A DNA stretch of 64,000 bases. It comes from a virus. The translations under genes were made by a program, and so were the position numbers. Below are positions 53,941 to 63,665 of the stretch, one piece after another. A model generated the notes under the pieces. That model saw nothing but the letters and a program-made list of their open reading frames with translations, was not told where the DNA came from and ran no database searches. The stretch lies in IMG/VR virus record IMGVR_UViG_3300023488_000162. One strand, written 5' to 3'. How positions within the stretch are numbered: position 1 is the first letter of the stretch; every line of letters starts with the position of its first letter.

Positions 53941-54782
53941 GAATTCTCACTATGAGTATTCACACCATAATTGATTCCAGAGTAATATCTCTCATCCACT
54001 TCTGAATCAAGACCAATATAATGAAGAGTGATTGCCTGACTACTATGATTCAAAGCGTGCTGAAGCCATGCCAGAGCCATAACATCATCACGGTGCTGTA
54101 CCATAAACTGATAACCGAATGTCTTACGGCAACTATGTGTTCCAAGATTATATGGAAGAGCCATATCCTTTTGAACCTTTTTCATAATTCGTCCAAAACT
54201 ATCCACATCAAGCGGCTCCCCGGCTACCTTTGGATTTGCCTCGTGTGTATACATAATTCCAGTCTTTTTACTAATTGATGTCCCGCCTGTGCTCCTCAAT
54301 GAATTGCGAGAGCTTCCTTTACATGACGGGAAAAGCCAATCGTCATAATGGAGTCTTGCTTTATCAATATAAGTAGAAATCACTTCCAAAGCAGATTCTG
54401 GAAGAAAAACAATACGGTATTTTCCAGTCTTCTTTTCCTTCATTCGTATCTTTGCATTTGCATTTACTTGCAACTTTCCATTTACCCTCTGTGTTGTAAC
54501 ATCTGAAACCTTAAAACGAAGCAAATCGCTTGCACGAAAACCAGTACATACACCAACATTAAACAAACACCAATCACGGTACATCCCACGATTCCAAAAA
54601 TATTCCGAAATTCGTTTAATATCCTCTACATCTTTAATAGGTTGCACCGTTCCATTACAAGCTTCCTTGCGTTTGATATTATAGTTTTTCACCTGGTTAT
54701 GCTTCACTTTTGGGGTAGGATCAACCTTTGGCAGATTAAACTCAACTGCGTTATTTTCGTTTTTCTCAGGTACTGCGTTCAT
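53937..54782 (-). CDS. int: Tyrosine site-specific integrase/recombinase
   Basis: Box I VGVCTGFRASDLLRFKVSDV, H-x-x-R LGTHSCRKTFG, catalytic Tyr region AITLHYIG. Start set at the MNAVPEK Met after AAAGGAGA. Confidence 0.65.
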   Translation of the reverse strand: MNAVPEKNENNAVEFNLPKVDPTPKVKHNQVKNYNIKRKEACNGTVQPIKDVEDIKRISEYFWNRGMYRDWCLFNVGVCTGFRASDLLRFKVSDVTTQRVNGKLQVNANAKIRMKEKKTGKYRIVFLPESALEVISTYIDKARLHYDDWLFPSCKGSSRNSLRSTGGTSISKKTGIMYTHEANPKVAGEPLDVDSFGRIMKKVQKDMALPYNLGTHSCRKTFGYQFMVQHRDDVMALAWLQHALNHSSQAITLHYIGLDSEVDERYYSGINYGVNTHSENS

Positions 54783-54795
54783 ATTTGCATCTCCT

Positions 54796-55125
54796 TTAAA
54801 TTCCATATTTTAAACAATATTTACCATAGGACAATCCTTCTGCGTCTGCCATTTTTGCAATTTCAATAAATGTCGGCTTATGTTTCTTTTTATTTTTACA
54901 TCTAATATCCTTTTCTCTATCCACAATCTTTCTGCAATTATCGCAATAAAGCTTTCCACACTTTGGCCCATACCACGTGACACCACATCGTTTGCACGTT
55001 ATATTTCCATATTTCATCATGTTCTTATACCTCAAATTCATCAATCTTCCAGTGGTGACGATAATAATTTTCACCACTACAAACAACAGATGCTTCCGCA
55101 GCTTCGCACCATGTTTCATCATCAC
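54796..55125 (-). CDS. Hypothetical zinc-ribbon protein
   Basis: Cys pairs CKRCG and CDNC. Confidence 0.3.
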   Translation of the reverse strand: MMMKHGAKLRKHLLFVVVKIIIVTTGRLMNLRYKNMMKYGNITCKRCGVTWYGPKCGKLYCDNCRKIVDREKDIRCKNKKKHKPTFIEIAKMADAEGLSYGKYCLKYGI

Positions 55126-55273
55126 TCACCGGTTGTAAATCATTCTTGCTTTCATTAAACAGGAATACCATTTTATCAATTGCTTTGATTCTATCCTTTG
55201 TGACCATAATCACATTATCTTCAGCGTAAAAATCGCTAGAATCAATACATTCATGTAAAATATAGACCTTCAT
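55025..55273 (-). CDS. Hypothetical small protein
   Basis: 82-aa ORF. Confidence 0.3.
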   Translation of the reverse strand: MKVYILHECIDSSDFYAEDNVIMVTKDRIKAIDKMVFLFNESKNDLQPVSDDETWCEAAEASVVCSGENYYRHHWKIDEFEV

Positions 55274-55359
55274 TTTTATGTACCTCAGTTCTTTTCGAAT
55301 AGATCATTACGAACTTTGGAAGTAAACTGACGAGTGTCAAGTTACTCAATAACAGTCTC

Positions 55360-56661
55360 TTACTCATTCTCCTGTTCTTTCATCAGCTGCTTTACAGCCT
55401 TTTTAAACAGTGCAAGATTCTTTTCGTTTTCGATAAACACCTTCGTCTTCGGATTTGGTGCTTTACTATGAGCTTTCTCATAAGCAATAAACAAATTATT
55501 CATCTTCTTATAACCAATACACTCATAGATTAGTGTATAAGTGTGCTTATATTGTGGCTTGTCACCAAGTTTTTCCGCCAGAGGCATCATGATCGGGAAA
55601 AGAATCTTCGCCGTCTCACTCTGTTTCTTAGGCTTCTCATTAACAACTTCCTTGGCTTCCACCTCAACCACGGGAGCATCGTTCACATTTACCTCAGGAA
55701 CTGCTTCAATGGTCTTCAAAACAGGACGAAGTTCACTCTGGTTCTGATGCAGACGTTCAATAGATGCCGCGTACATATCTGCAACAACAGCGCCCATAAC
55801 GGATTTCCAAGTGGAGTCCTCTTCGATAATATCAATCGTAGAGATTTTCCCACTACGATTCGTTCTCTTAATATACTTTGCCCGAGCATCTTCCAAAACG
55901 AAACCATAATTACGATTCAGATATTCATAAACCTTGTGAAGCGTTTCCTTATTTGTGTAACCTTTGGTATTTGCAATCACACCAATCTTGCTATACAAAT
56001 CTTTACGCCATTCACTCATTTCGTCCTGAAAAACATTGCGAGGAGTATAATTCTTAGCGCGAATCGCGTTATCCATCTGCTTGTCCTTAATCTGATGGAC
56101 ACACTGAGATACGCTGCTAATCACATTCAGTGCTTCATTGCTAGTGGCACGAGCTTCCTCAATCTGTTCACTAAGATCTTTGCGAGTGGAGTTGAGTTCA
56201 CTCTGAAGGCTTTTCATGCTATCAAACAGAGCGTGAAGTCTTACATCAATAAATTCTTTACTCAGTGCAGCATCCATCTTAGGAGTAGCCAGAACAGAAT
56301 CACCACGCATCAAAGATTCCATAATGTCCCAGCAGAAGTCCATGAACGCATCAGCCTTCGGCTGACGAGAGAAGCGGCAGATTTCCATAACACCACGCAA
56401 ACTGTAACAAATAATTTCACGCTCTTTCGCGATTCCACCTTCAACTGTCGTCAAATTGACGACAGTTGATAAGGAGTCAAGACGGTCTGCATTACGCTCA
56501 TGAATCTTTGCAATGTACTTCCGAGGTTCTTTACATTCCAGTGCTCGCCCAATCTGTTCACGGGTCATGTAATACTGGTGTTTATCATTCTGGTACACGT
56601 CCACATTCAGTGCGCCGAAGGGCTTAGAGATTATTTTGGTCATAGAATTGTTAGTGGTCAT
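55360..56661 (-). CDS. BRO-N / antirepressor-like N-terminal domain protein
   Basis: The N-terminal ~110 aa (FGALNVDVYQ...ICYSLRGVMEICRFSRQPKADAFMDFCWDIM) resemble the BRO-N/AntA domain. Long helical C-terminus. Confidence 0.45.
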   Translation of the reverse strand: MTTNNSMTKIISKPFGALNVDVYQNDKHQYYMTREQIGRALECKEPRKYIAKIHERNADRLDSLSTVVNLTTVEGGIAKEREIICYSLRGVMEICRFSRQPKADAFMDFCWDIMESLMRGDSVLATPKMDAALSKEFIDVRLHALFDSMKSLQSELNSTRKDLSEQIEEARATSNEALNVISSVSQCVHQIKDKQMDNAIRAKNYTPRNVFQDEMSEWRKDLYSKIGVIANTKGYTNKETLHKVYEYLNRNYGFVLEDARAKYIKRTNRSGKISTIDIIEEDSTWKSVMGAVVADMYAASIERLHQNQSELRPVLKTIEAVPEVNVNDAPVVEVEAKEVVNEKPKKQSETAKILFPIMMPLAEKLGDKPQYKHTYTLIYECIGYKKMNNLFIAYEKAHSKAPNPKTKVFIENEKNLALFKKAVKQLMKEQENE

Positions 56662-56716
56662 TTTGTTTTACTCCTTTGTATTTCATTTTTTTTAGAAGAT
56701 TAGAAGAACTGTTTTA

Positions 56717-57073
56717 TCAAATCGTGACATAATACCATCCAGTATACTTATCTACACATCCCATTCTCTTATCTTCTTCTGGATCATAAAAACCGGTAGC
56801 AGATATTGCTCGTCCAGCCTTTTCATCAATATAATCAGCAACCTTCTGTGCATCTTCATATGTTTTGCATAGAATATTCTCACCATCACACCAACGATCA
56901 CAACCATCTTCTGGACAACAAGGCATATTTCTTACAAAACGATTCCAAACATCGAAAACATGATTTTCAAATTCACTCATAATCGTCACCTCAAAACTGA
57001 TACTTCCAAAACAACTTTGCATTGCCGGTAATGCTCTGCAAATAACCAATATATTCATTAAAGGAGCACACAC
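56717..57073 (-). CDS. Hypothetical Cys-rich protein
   Basis: 118-aa ORF. Confidence 0.3.
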   Translation of the reverse strand: MCAPLMNILVICRALPAMQSCFGSISFEVTIMSEFENHVFDVWNRFVRNMPCCPEDGCDRWCDGENILCKTYEDAQKVADYIDEKAGRAISATGFYDPEEDKRMGCVDKYTGWYYVTI

Positions 57074-57202
57074 CCTTCATTTTCATCTTGCGTGCTTCCA
57101 CAGCTCGTGCAGCAACCTTTGAATCATAATCAACGGCATCAATAAATGCGCTATCAACCATCATCTGCTCAAACATCTTAATATCATTGACATCCATATC
57201 TA

Positions 57203-57595
57203 TTACTCCTCACACAGATTCTCAATTTTACGGCTCTCCTGAAATCCACGCCACGTCCAACTCATCTCAGAGTTTCCAACCGTTGCGCACAGACCTTCCT
57301 CGTCAAAGAACACGTCGAAATCAGGATAATCGGAATATGTAGCACGGCATTCTTCAGCATCTTGCCTTATGTAATTCATTACTTCTTCCTCACTCTTGAA
57401 AAATTCCGGCTCAAAAACTTCACCTACGTCACTGCATTCAATAACACACCAAATCTCGTTACACAATTCCATTTTAATATCCTCCTTATTTAATATCCCA
57501 CCAAGCACAAATAGATGTATCAGGAACATAAACTTTAGCGATATGAAAACCGCCATAAATAAGCTTTGGCTCGTAACCTTCGCAGAGTAAGTCAA
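57203..57595 (-). CDS. Hypothetical protein, WCVIECS family member A
   Basis: WCVIECSDVGEVFEPEFFKSEEE...AEEC, paralogous to 58944..59201. Confidence 0.35.
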   Translation of the reverse strand: MTYSAKVTSQSLFMAVFISLKFMFLIHLFVLGGILNKEDIKMELCNEIWCVIECSDVGEVFEPEFFKSEEEVMNYIRQDAEECRATYSDYPDFDVFFDEEGLCATVGNSEMSWTWRGFQESRKIENLCEE

Positions 57596-57716
57596 ACATT
57601 GTTACTTCGATATCCGCATCAACAAGATTCAAAGCACTTGTCATAGTTTTACATATTATACACTCTTGTCCTTTACCCCATGTATCGCAATAAATAACAG
57701 TTATATCTTTTCCCAT
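57486..57716 (-). CDS. Hypothetical small protein
   Basis: 76-aa ORF, partly overlapping 57203..57595. One of the two starts may be misassigned. Confidence 0.25.
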   Translation of the reverse strand: MGKDITVIYCDTWGKGQECIICKTMTSALNLVDADIEVTMFDLLCEGYEPKLIYGGFHIAKVYVPDTSICAWWDIK

Positions 57717-57733
57717 TTCTTAAGACCTCGATT

Positions 57734-58060
57734 TTATTTAATTTCAATATTCATTTTGCTAAATAAAAATTTAACAGATTCTTCAATTGCATCAATAGAC
57801 CAAACATTAGGATTACACACACCAAGAATTTTATCGCCAGAAGCATTATCACGTGCATCACAAAAATGCCACCAACTATTATCGCCAGCATCATATTCAT
57901 AATAAACATCCACATCAATTTCGGAGTGACCATCTACATGATATTTAATCTGATCTTTATCATTAAATGTATCCGGTTTGTATCCACGTCCATTCCATCT
58001 ACATGGGTTCATCTTGCGAATAAAATCTCTTGCAATTTCATGTGCAGTCATAACTCTCAC
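57734..58060 (-). CDS. Hypothetical protein
   Basis: 108-aa ORF. Confidence 0.3.
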   Translation of the reverse strand: MRVMTAHEIARDFIRKMNPCRWNGRGYKPDTFNDKDQIKYHVDGHSEIDVDVYYEYDAGDNSWWHFCDARDNASGDKILGVCNPNVWSIDAIEESVKFLFSKMNIEIK

Positions 58061-58278
58061 CTCATGTCGTCATAATTGAAATCTGCCATACGCTCGTCCT
58101 CGTTATCAAAAACCTTAATCAAATCCCACGGATGAAAAGTTTTTCCATCGACTGAGCTAAATGCAAATGCAGTCATGTGCCCATTTTTATCCGTTGAAGT
58201 CAAAATAATAATGTACCCAGACCTTGTTTTAAATTTGAAGAAATTTCTATTGAAGCAACTTTTCATCATAACGTTCAC
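58057..58278 (-). CDS. Hypothetical small protein, DG-TF-WDLI family member A
   Basis: SVDGKTFHPWDLIKVFDNED parallels the next gene. Confidence 0.3.
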   Translation of the reverse strand: MNVMMKSCFNRNFFKFKTRSGYIIILTSTDKNGHMTAFAFSSVDGKTFHPWDLIKVFDNEDERMADFNYDDMR

Positions 58279-58535
58279 TCTATCAATTCTCCATCTTCGT
58301 AATCAAAAACATAGCAACAATCTTCGCGGCCTTTCTTATATAGATCAGTCCGAATCTTATCATTTTCTGCATCCTGTTCAACAATTGTAATCAAATCGTT
58401 CCATGAAAATGTTTCCCCGTCTTTCGAGTAAAAAATTCCCATTCCTGGATAGCTTTCTTTATCTGCCGATTCCGTAGCAATCAGCCAGCCATCATGAATT
58501 TTGACTTTGAAATCATGTTCATCAACATTATACAT
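58275..58535 (-). CDS. Hypothetical small protein, DG-TF-WDLI family member B
   Basis: SKDGETFSWNDLITIVEQD. Confidence 0.3.
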   Translation of the reverse strand: MYNVDEHDFKVKIHDGWLIATESADKESYPGMGIFYSKDGETFSWNDLITIVEQDAENDKIRTDLYKKGREDCCYVFDYEDGELIE

Positions 58536-58548
58536 ATATCTTTCTCCT

Positions 58549-58743
58549 TTATATTATTATCTTATCTTCACCAAGCGTTTCGGTTTCATACGTTGCATAG
58601 ACAAGCTCGGTCAGTCTGCTGTAACACGTTTTCATCCAGTCAATCTCTGCATCACGCAGTTCTTTTGTTGGATATATTTCATGTCCTCTATATGTATCGC
58701 CGTACATAAAGTGTCTGACAGAGTATTCAAGATGATAATACAT
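58549..58743 (-). CDS. Hypothetical small protein
   Basis: 64-aa ORF. Confidence 0.25.
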   Translation of the reverse strand: MYYHLEYSVRHFMYGDTYRGHEIYPTKELRDAEIDWMKTCYSRLTELVYATYETETLGEDKIII

Positions 58744-58928
58744 TATCGTTTTTCCAACTCCTCACACACTTTTACAATGATAGCCAAACCTGTACGCCGA
58801 AAATCTGCATTGTAAGGATTTTGTGCTTGAATATCTAAATGGTATAGCAATTTTTCCAAATCAGAGCTATATTCAACGCCTGCTGTTTTACAAAGGACCT
58901 CAGCCATCGCTTGAGTGTCGTATTTCAT
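58743..58928 (-). CDS. Hypothetical small protein
   Basis: 61-aa ORF. Confidence 0.25.
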   Translation of the reverse strand: MKYDTQAMAEVLCKTAGVEYSSDLEKLLYHLDIQAQNPYNADFRRTGLAIIVKVCEELEKR

Positions 58929-58943
58929 AATAAAACTCTCCTT

Positions 58944-59201
58944 TTACATCAGTTTGTCAGAAATATCAAACGCTTTCCAAACCCAGCTGTATTCATCTGT
59001 ATTTACAGAAGCAGATAGGCCATCATTTCTAATATTAATATTTGCTTCTGGCAGATCACAAATATTTCTATAGCATTCAGTTGCATCATCCTTAATAAAT
59101 TCTGCTGCTTCTTCTTTGCTATCGAAAAAATCAGGCTCAAAAATTTCACCATCACAACTACACTCAATAACGCACCACATAATATTCTTCCTTTTACACA
59201 C
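58944..59201 (-). CDS. Hypothetical protein, WCVIECS family member B
   Basis: WCVIECSCDGEIFEPDFFDSKEE...ATEC. Confidence 0.35.
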   Translation of the reverse strand: MCKRKNIMWCVIECSCDGEIFEPDFFDSKEEAAEFIKDDATECYRNICDLPEANINIRNDGLSASVNTDEYSWVWKAFDISDKLM

Positions 59202-59529
59202 TCACATTCTCGTAAATCCAGCCAACGCCTTTACTATGGAACTCATCTACCCAATGAAACCATTCATCCTGTGTGAAATTGTCAACGGGAAAGCCTCTCC
59301 ACTTCTGATCAAGAACTAATTCTCCACGTTCGTTTTCAACCCATGCAAAATCAGTGTTCTCCTTCCAAAGACGTTCAACAAATTTGTCACAATCATCTTT
59401 ATTTTCTCTTAGTTTTAACATCCATTGTGCAGTAAGATATGTGCTATCAAAAGACTCTGCGACAGCACATGGACAGTTCTTACAAGACTTCTCAATGCAT
59501 GACCAACAAGGCCCACCGTTGTAACTCAT
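59194..59529 (-). CDS. Hypothetical Cys-containing protein
   Basis: 111-aa ORF with CWSC and CKNCPC. Confidence 0.3.
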   Translation of the reverse strand: MSYNGGPCWSCIEKSCKNCPCAVAESFDSTYLTAQWMLKLRENKDDCDKFVERLWKENTDFAWVENERGELVLDQKWRGFPVDNFTQDEWFHWVDEFHSKGVGWIYENVSV

Positions 59530-59532
59530 ACT

Positions 59533-59733
59533 TTAAACCTCATAACTTTCTTCCAGACAATCAATCAAATCTGCTACATACTCACCGATCTGATCACAAT
59601 TTACATTTTTGTATTCCGCACCAGAATTTCCATTATCGCTGATATAGACGTTAAATAAACCCTTTCCAACACGTTCAATATCAATGTCAATATTCATCTT
59701 CATGCTTTTACACCTCATTGAGAATATTTTCAT
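59533..59733 (-). CDS. Hypothetical small protein
   Basis: 66-aa ORF. Confidence 0.25.
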   Translation of the reverse strand: MKIFSMRCKSMKMNIDIDIERVGKGLFNVYISDNGNSGAEYKNVNCDQIGEYVADLIDCLEESYEV

Positions 59734-59741
59734 CCGAAAAT

Positions 59742-59945
59742 TTAAACGATATTATACTTTACAAACCAAATATTCAACTCATCTTCCGACATCGAATCGA
59801 TTGCAATATCCACTCGGCGTTCAATAACATCATCATCCTCGTCTTCATTCAGTTTATAACCAACAAAGTTTTCAATTGTATCAAATCCATCCATAAAAAG
59901 CTCACGCTTCAGAAGTTTAATTTTTTCCATCATATTTTTATCCAT
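59742..59945 (-). CDS. Hypothetical small acidic protein
   Basis: 67-aa ORF. Confidence 0.25.
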   Translation of the reverse strand: MDKNMMEKIKLLKRELFMDGFDTIENFVGYKLNEDEDDDVIERRVDIAIDSMSEDELNIWFVKYNIV

Positions 59946-59967
59946 TTCCTCTCATAAAATAAAATTA

Positions 59968-60336
59968 TTATAGGTTTTCCAAAATTTTAAGATATTCAGG
60001 GTAAAGATCATCAATAATAACTTTCTTTTCCATATCATCCAGCTCACCGTTCATAAACGCCTTGCTCTGTTCTTCATTTTCAAGTTCTAGGTACGTCCAG
60101 ATACTTTCGATTCCGATTCCATTTCCATGGACTACTTCGCCATTTTCATTGATATGCGCATAGATTTCCCAGACCTCGCAACCGCGATCCTTAGAAGAAC
60201 ATTCACTGTAATCAATTTCAGTGCCGTTCTCCATAACCTTTTCGGCAAACTCTTCCGCTGTAAGTTTCTTCATGATCCATGCCTCCTTAAATGTTATCAA
60301 AGTTATAAGTAACAGTAACAACTTTCTCTGCTTCAC
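59968..60336 (-). CDS. Hypothetical acidic protein
   Basis: 122-aa ORF. The real start is probably the internal MKKLTAEEF Met. Confidence 0.3.
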   Translation of the reverse strand: MKQRKLLLLLITLITFKEAWIMKKLTAEEFAEKVMENGTEIDYSECSSKDRGCEVWEIYAHINENGEVVHGNGIGIESIWTYLELENEEQSKAFMNGELDDMEKKVIIDDLYPEYLKILENL

Positions 60337-61153
60337 CGATATTACACCGATCTTCCTTTAATGCTGTTTCGAGACCACATCCAGCGCTGTATGCAATACC
60401 ATTTTCAAACACATCAGTACCGATAAATCCAAATGCCCTATCGATTTCTTTCCACTCTCCGTGTTCTTCTCGATAAAGTGTATAGCCGTAGTTTTCACCA
60501 GAAAGATAATCGCTGTAAATCTCAACTTCATCACGCATGATTCGTTCCGCTTCGTTTTTGGTCTCATCAGAACCATCTATAATAGCGATTACAATCCAGC
60601 CAACATTGCTATCGTCCCATGAACCTCTAAACCGTGTGTCGCAATCCATAGACAAGCCAGAGTGGTCATGTAACCAGAGTGGAAGCCATGCAATATGTTT
60701 TTCGAGAAGGATCTGACAATCTTTAATAGAAAAATCTCCACGAACATATGTAATGATTTCGTTATATTTCAATCCAACACACATCGGATTTTCCGAAACT
60801 TTTTTATCAGATAGAATTCCAATATCACAGATTGCATAGCGTTTTTCATCGATATAATTTTCATCGACAACAACACAAGTATCTTCCAACTTCATATTTA
60901 GAAGTGCATCCAGAATTTCTTCATCAGAACAATACTTGTAAACCAGGTCATTCCAAAACTCTTCCGGTGTTTTTTCATCAATCTTATCACCCAGATTGTA
61001 TCGAGAATGGAAACAGGCCATTGTGGAATCATGGTCATCCCACCAACGAGGATTATTATCTGCTTCATCATCGTGCTGGATATGCAAGCAATACAGATTA
61101 TCACCGTAGATCCACTTTATGATTTCATTGTCGTAGCAATACAGGTTTTTCAT
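60287..61153 (-). CDS. Hypothetical strongly acidic protein (288 aa)
   Basis: Long ORF with high Asp/Glu content throughout. Confidence 0.4.
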   Translation of the reverse strand: MKNLYCYDNEIIKWIYGDNLYCLHIQHDDEADNNPRWWDDHDSTMACFHSRYNLGDKIDEKTPEEFWNDLVYKYCSDEEILDALLNMKLEDTCVVVDENYIDEKRYAICDIGILSDKKVSENPMCVGLKYNEIITYVRGDFSIKDCQILLEKHIAWLPLWLHDHSGLSMDCDTRFRGSWDDSNVGWIVIAIIDGSDETKNEAERIMRDEVEIYSDYLSGENYGYTLYREEHGEWKEIDRAFGFIGTDVFENGIAYSAGCGLETALKEDRCNIGEAEKVVTVTYNFDNI

Positions 61154-61169
61154 ATCTAAAATCTCCCTT

Positions 61170-61361
61170 TTACAAAATGATTCCGTAATTCTTCATTTTT
61201 TCGATTATTTCAATAGACTTTTTAATTCCGTTTGCTTTGCCATAATACCATGTCATTCTCTCTTCATCGCTTTCTTTTAGTGCAGTGTAAGCAATATCTT
61301 GGCAATAAGAATATTCGTCCTTCAAGGCATTGATAATCTTTTCAACATCATTCATAGACAT
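61170..61361 (-). CDS. Hypothetical small protein
   Basis: 63-aa ORF. Confidence 0.25.
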   Translation of the reverse strand: MSMNDVEKIINALKDEYSYCQDIAYTALKESDEERMTWYYGKANGIKKSIEIIEKMKNYGIIL

Positions 61362-61368
61362 TCACCTC

Positions 61369-61641
61369 TTATGCACTAGCCTTTTCTTCAAAAGCGTACC
61401 AATCAGACCAAATCTTATCGACCTCTCCGTTCTTAAAACCGTTCTTATAATCGGTGAACTCAACATAATAGTTACTGGTCCACTCATTCAGAGCGTGTTC
61501 ATAGATAGCTGCAACACCACGCTTTGTTTCAACAACAAAACTATCAACCAAAACACCTTCGACATAAGCACCAGTGTGTTGTGCTTTATTCTGGTGCATC
61601 CAACAGCCAAGAGCACCCGCATTAAGATAAAAACGAGTCAT
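61369..61641 (-). CDS. Hypothetical small protein
   Basis: 90-aa ORF. Confidence 0.3.
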   Translation of the reverse strand: MTRFYLNAGALGCWMHQNKAQHTGAYVEGVLVDSFVVETKRGVAAIYEHALNEWTSNYYVEFTDYKNGFKNGEVDKIWSDWYAFEEKASA

Positions 61642-61644
61642 AAT

Positions 61645-61965
61645 TTATTCCACCTCCATAAGTCTATTAGCTAATTCTTTCAACATTTCTTTAATAGCAT
61701 CAGCGTCGTCAATAAGTTCTCTGACACTAGAAGGACAACCGCCTTTACCACGATGCCCCACCCACATCTCTGCGTGCTCATCAGCATCAAAATCACAGGC
61801 ATACTCATAAACTGATTCAGGAAAATTTTCAACCTCCACACAAACGATTAAGTCCTCTCCTGCTGTAGAATAATTTTCAATTTCAACTCTGCCATCACCT
61901 GTATAGTCACATACGCGCCAATCCAGCGATTCCAAAACATCAATATATTTAGGGTGAATTTTCAT
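61645..61965 (-). CDS. Hypothetical acidic protein
   Basis: 106-aa ORF. Confidence 0.3.
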   Translation of the reverse strand: MKIHPKYIDVLESLDWRVCDYTGDGRVEIENYSTAGEDLIVCVEVENFPESVYEYACDFDADEHAEMWVGHRGKGGCPSSVRELIDDADAIKEMLKELANRLMEVE

Positions 61966-61978
61966 AACTCATTCTCCT

Positions 61979-62227
61979 TTACTCTGCAATCACCATAGCA
62001 AGAACCGGCTCACCAGAACCTTTCAATTGAAGTTCCAGAATATCGCCATCATCCACGATTTCACACTTGTTTAGATAATCCTGAAGAAAGAACATCTGAC
62101 ATTCCTGCCAAAAGATTTCTTTCGGATCTTCATTCTCTCCTACGAACACATTCTTGTGATGAAAAGATTCATTCCAAACCCAGCCTTCACCATCAAAACA
62201 AGCGTGAACTTCCCTCAGATCCCACAT
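61979..62227 (-). CDS. Hypothetical small protein, MWDL family member 1
   Basis: Starts MWDLREVH. Confidence 0.3.
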   Translation of the reverse strand: MWDLREVHACFDGEGWVWNESFHHKNVFVGENEDPKEIFWQECQMFFLQDYLNKCEIVDDGDILELQLKGSGEPVLAMVIAE

Positions 62228-62229
62228 GA

Positions 62230-62481
62230 TCAGTCCTCCCCAAAAATATGACGCTTGTTAAGGTCATCACGGATAATATCTTCAATTTTATTTTTGGTAT
62301 TATCATCGAGTTCTCCGTAAGGAGCATTATCAAGATAATAGAAGTAAATTTCATCTCCAAGATCCTTGTACATGACACTCACATAAAATCCAGCTGAAAT
62401 TCCATTCAGTAAAGCATATCCAATACCGTATACTTCTGAATAATTGTTGCCCATTAAATCCCACATAGTTAATCCCTCCAA
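62230..62481 (-). CDS. Hypothetical small protein, MWDL family member 2
   Basis: MWDLMGNNYSEVYGIGYA. Confidence 0.3.
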   Translation of the reverse strand: MEGLTMWDLMGNNYSEVYGIGYALLNGISAGFYVSVMYKDLGDEIYFYYLDNAPYGELDDNTKNKIEDIIRDDLNKRHIFGED

Positions 62482-62690
62482 AAGTTGAGTTTCTTTTTGA
62501 TTGTCATCTCAATTTCGTCTTTATCACCGTCAGATAGAATCTTATTATCGTACTCGGAATAGCAAAACATAATGCTACGGCCATTATATTTATACATAAC
62601 CATTGCTGTTTTTAATTGTTTGTCACGAAAAAAGGTTGCGCACCCAATCCCATATTTTTTAGAATATTCATTTTCAACTAAATCCCACAT
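62469..62690 (-). CDS. Hypothetical small protein, MWDL family member 3
   Basis: MWDLVENEYSKKYGIGCA. Confidence 0.3.
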   Translation of the reverse strand: MWDLVENEYSKKYGIGCATFFRDKQLKTAMVMYKYNGRSIMFCYSEYDNKILSDGDKDEIEMTIKKKLNFWRD

Positions 62691-62694
62691 TTTA

Positions 62695-63207
62695 TCACCT
62701 CAAAATCTCCTTGAGCATCTTTACCATACCTTCATAATTTTTATCATCTGCGCCTAGCATACGAACCGTCATATCAAAATCAACTGTCTGACAATCACTG
62801 AAATCGTATTGTTCAATATCGTTGCTACAAGTGTCAGGGTAATGTTCTTCGAGCCTGTCTTTCGTATCACAGTCACAGAAGGTTCCAGAATAATAATCAC
62901 TGGCCGACTCACCTGTTTTCATATACACACGGATACCATCTGTGACAATCACTTTAGCGAACCGCTTCATATCTTCTGGCGTAAAGGTCTTATCCATGAC
63001 ATCATACGAATAGACCACGTAACAAGTTTTATCAGGCTCATAAATATCCTGTTCCTTATCTGCACCAAACGCTCTAGCGTATCCACCAGCCCATCCACCA
63101 CAAAACACAAGAATTTCTTTTCCCGCTTCGATAGCTGCCATATATTCCTCTTCAGGAATCGCTACAATTCTTCCGTTAGGAAAAACAAAACCTTCAAATT
63201 CTCTCAT
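62695..63207 (-). CDS. Hypothetical protein
   Basis: 170-aa ORF. Confidence 0.35.
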   Translation of the reverse strand: MREFEGFVFPNGRIVAIPEEEYMAAIEAGKEILVFCGGWAGGYARAFGADKEQDIYEPDKTCYVVYSYDVMDKTFTPEDMKRFAKVIVTDGIRVYMKTGESASDYYSGTFCDCDTKDRLEEHYPDTCSNDIEQYDFSDCQTVDFDMTVRMLGADDKNYEGMVKMLKEILR

Positions 63208-63211
63208 TTTA

Positions 63212-63421
63212 TCACTCCTCTGCGTCTTTTACCGTAACACTATCAATGTCCGTCGGATTCGGATTATCTGGTTCAATCTCACCGGCAACAAATCTATCTT
63301 TCGCAATTTCATAAGCATCATCTTTGTTGTCTGCTTCAACAAACGTTGTGTAAGTAACGCTTGTTTCAATAGTAACGTAATAGCCGTTCATTTTACACAC
63401 TCCCAACATTCTTGAACCCAT
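63212..63421 (-). CDS. Hypothetical small protein
   Basis: 69-aa ORF. Confidence 0.25.
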   Translation of the reverse strand: MGSRMLGVCKMNGYYVTIETSVTYTTFVEADNKDDAYEIAKDRFVAGEIEPDNPNPTDIDSVTVKDAEE

Positions 63422-63665
63422 AAAGGCTATAACCTTTACATTTGAAATACCGCATCGCTTTGTTAATCTGAGTAGAACTTGCTGTCGAATGGCTTTTTAG
63501 GTATGTATTCTTATATTCGCACAGCTTCTTATACTCGTCACTTTCACGATGGGCTTTCAGCTTTTCGCAATGGTCGTGGCAACCAGGATAACGCTCCGGT
63601 GCCACACAGTAACGGCAAGGATCAGTCAATTTCTGCCACCTCCCCAGCTTCATAAAAAGCAACAA
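63393..63665 (-). CDS. Hypothetical Cys/His-rich small protein
   Basis: 90-aa ORF with CRYC and CHDHC. Confidence 0.25.
   Translation of the reverse strand: MLLFMKLGRWQKLTDPCRYCVAPERYPGCHDHCEKLKAHRESDEYKKLCEYKNTYLKSHSTASSTQINKAMRYFKCKGYSLYGFKNVGSV

Noticed and set aside
55543-56469. 308-aa + strand ORF
   Set aside because: It is antisense to the BRO-N/antirepressor-like gene and is low complexity (Leu/Phe/Asn-rich).
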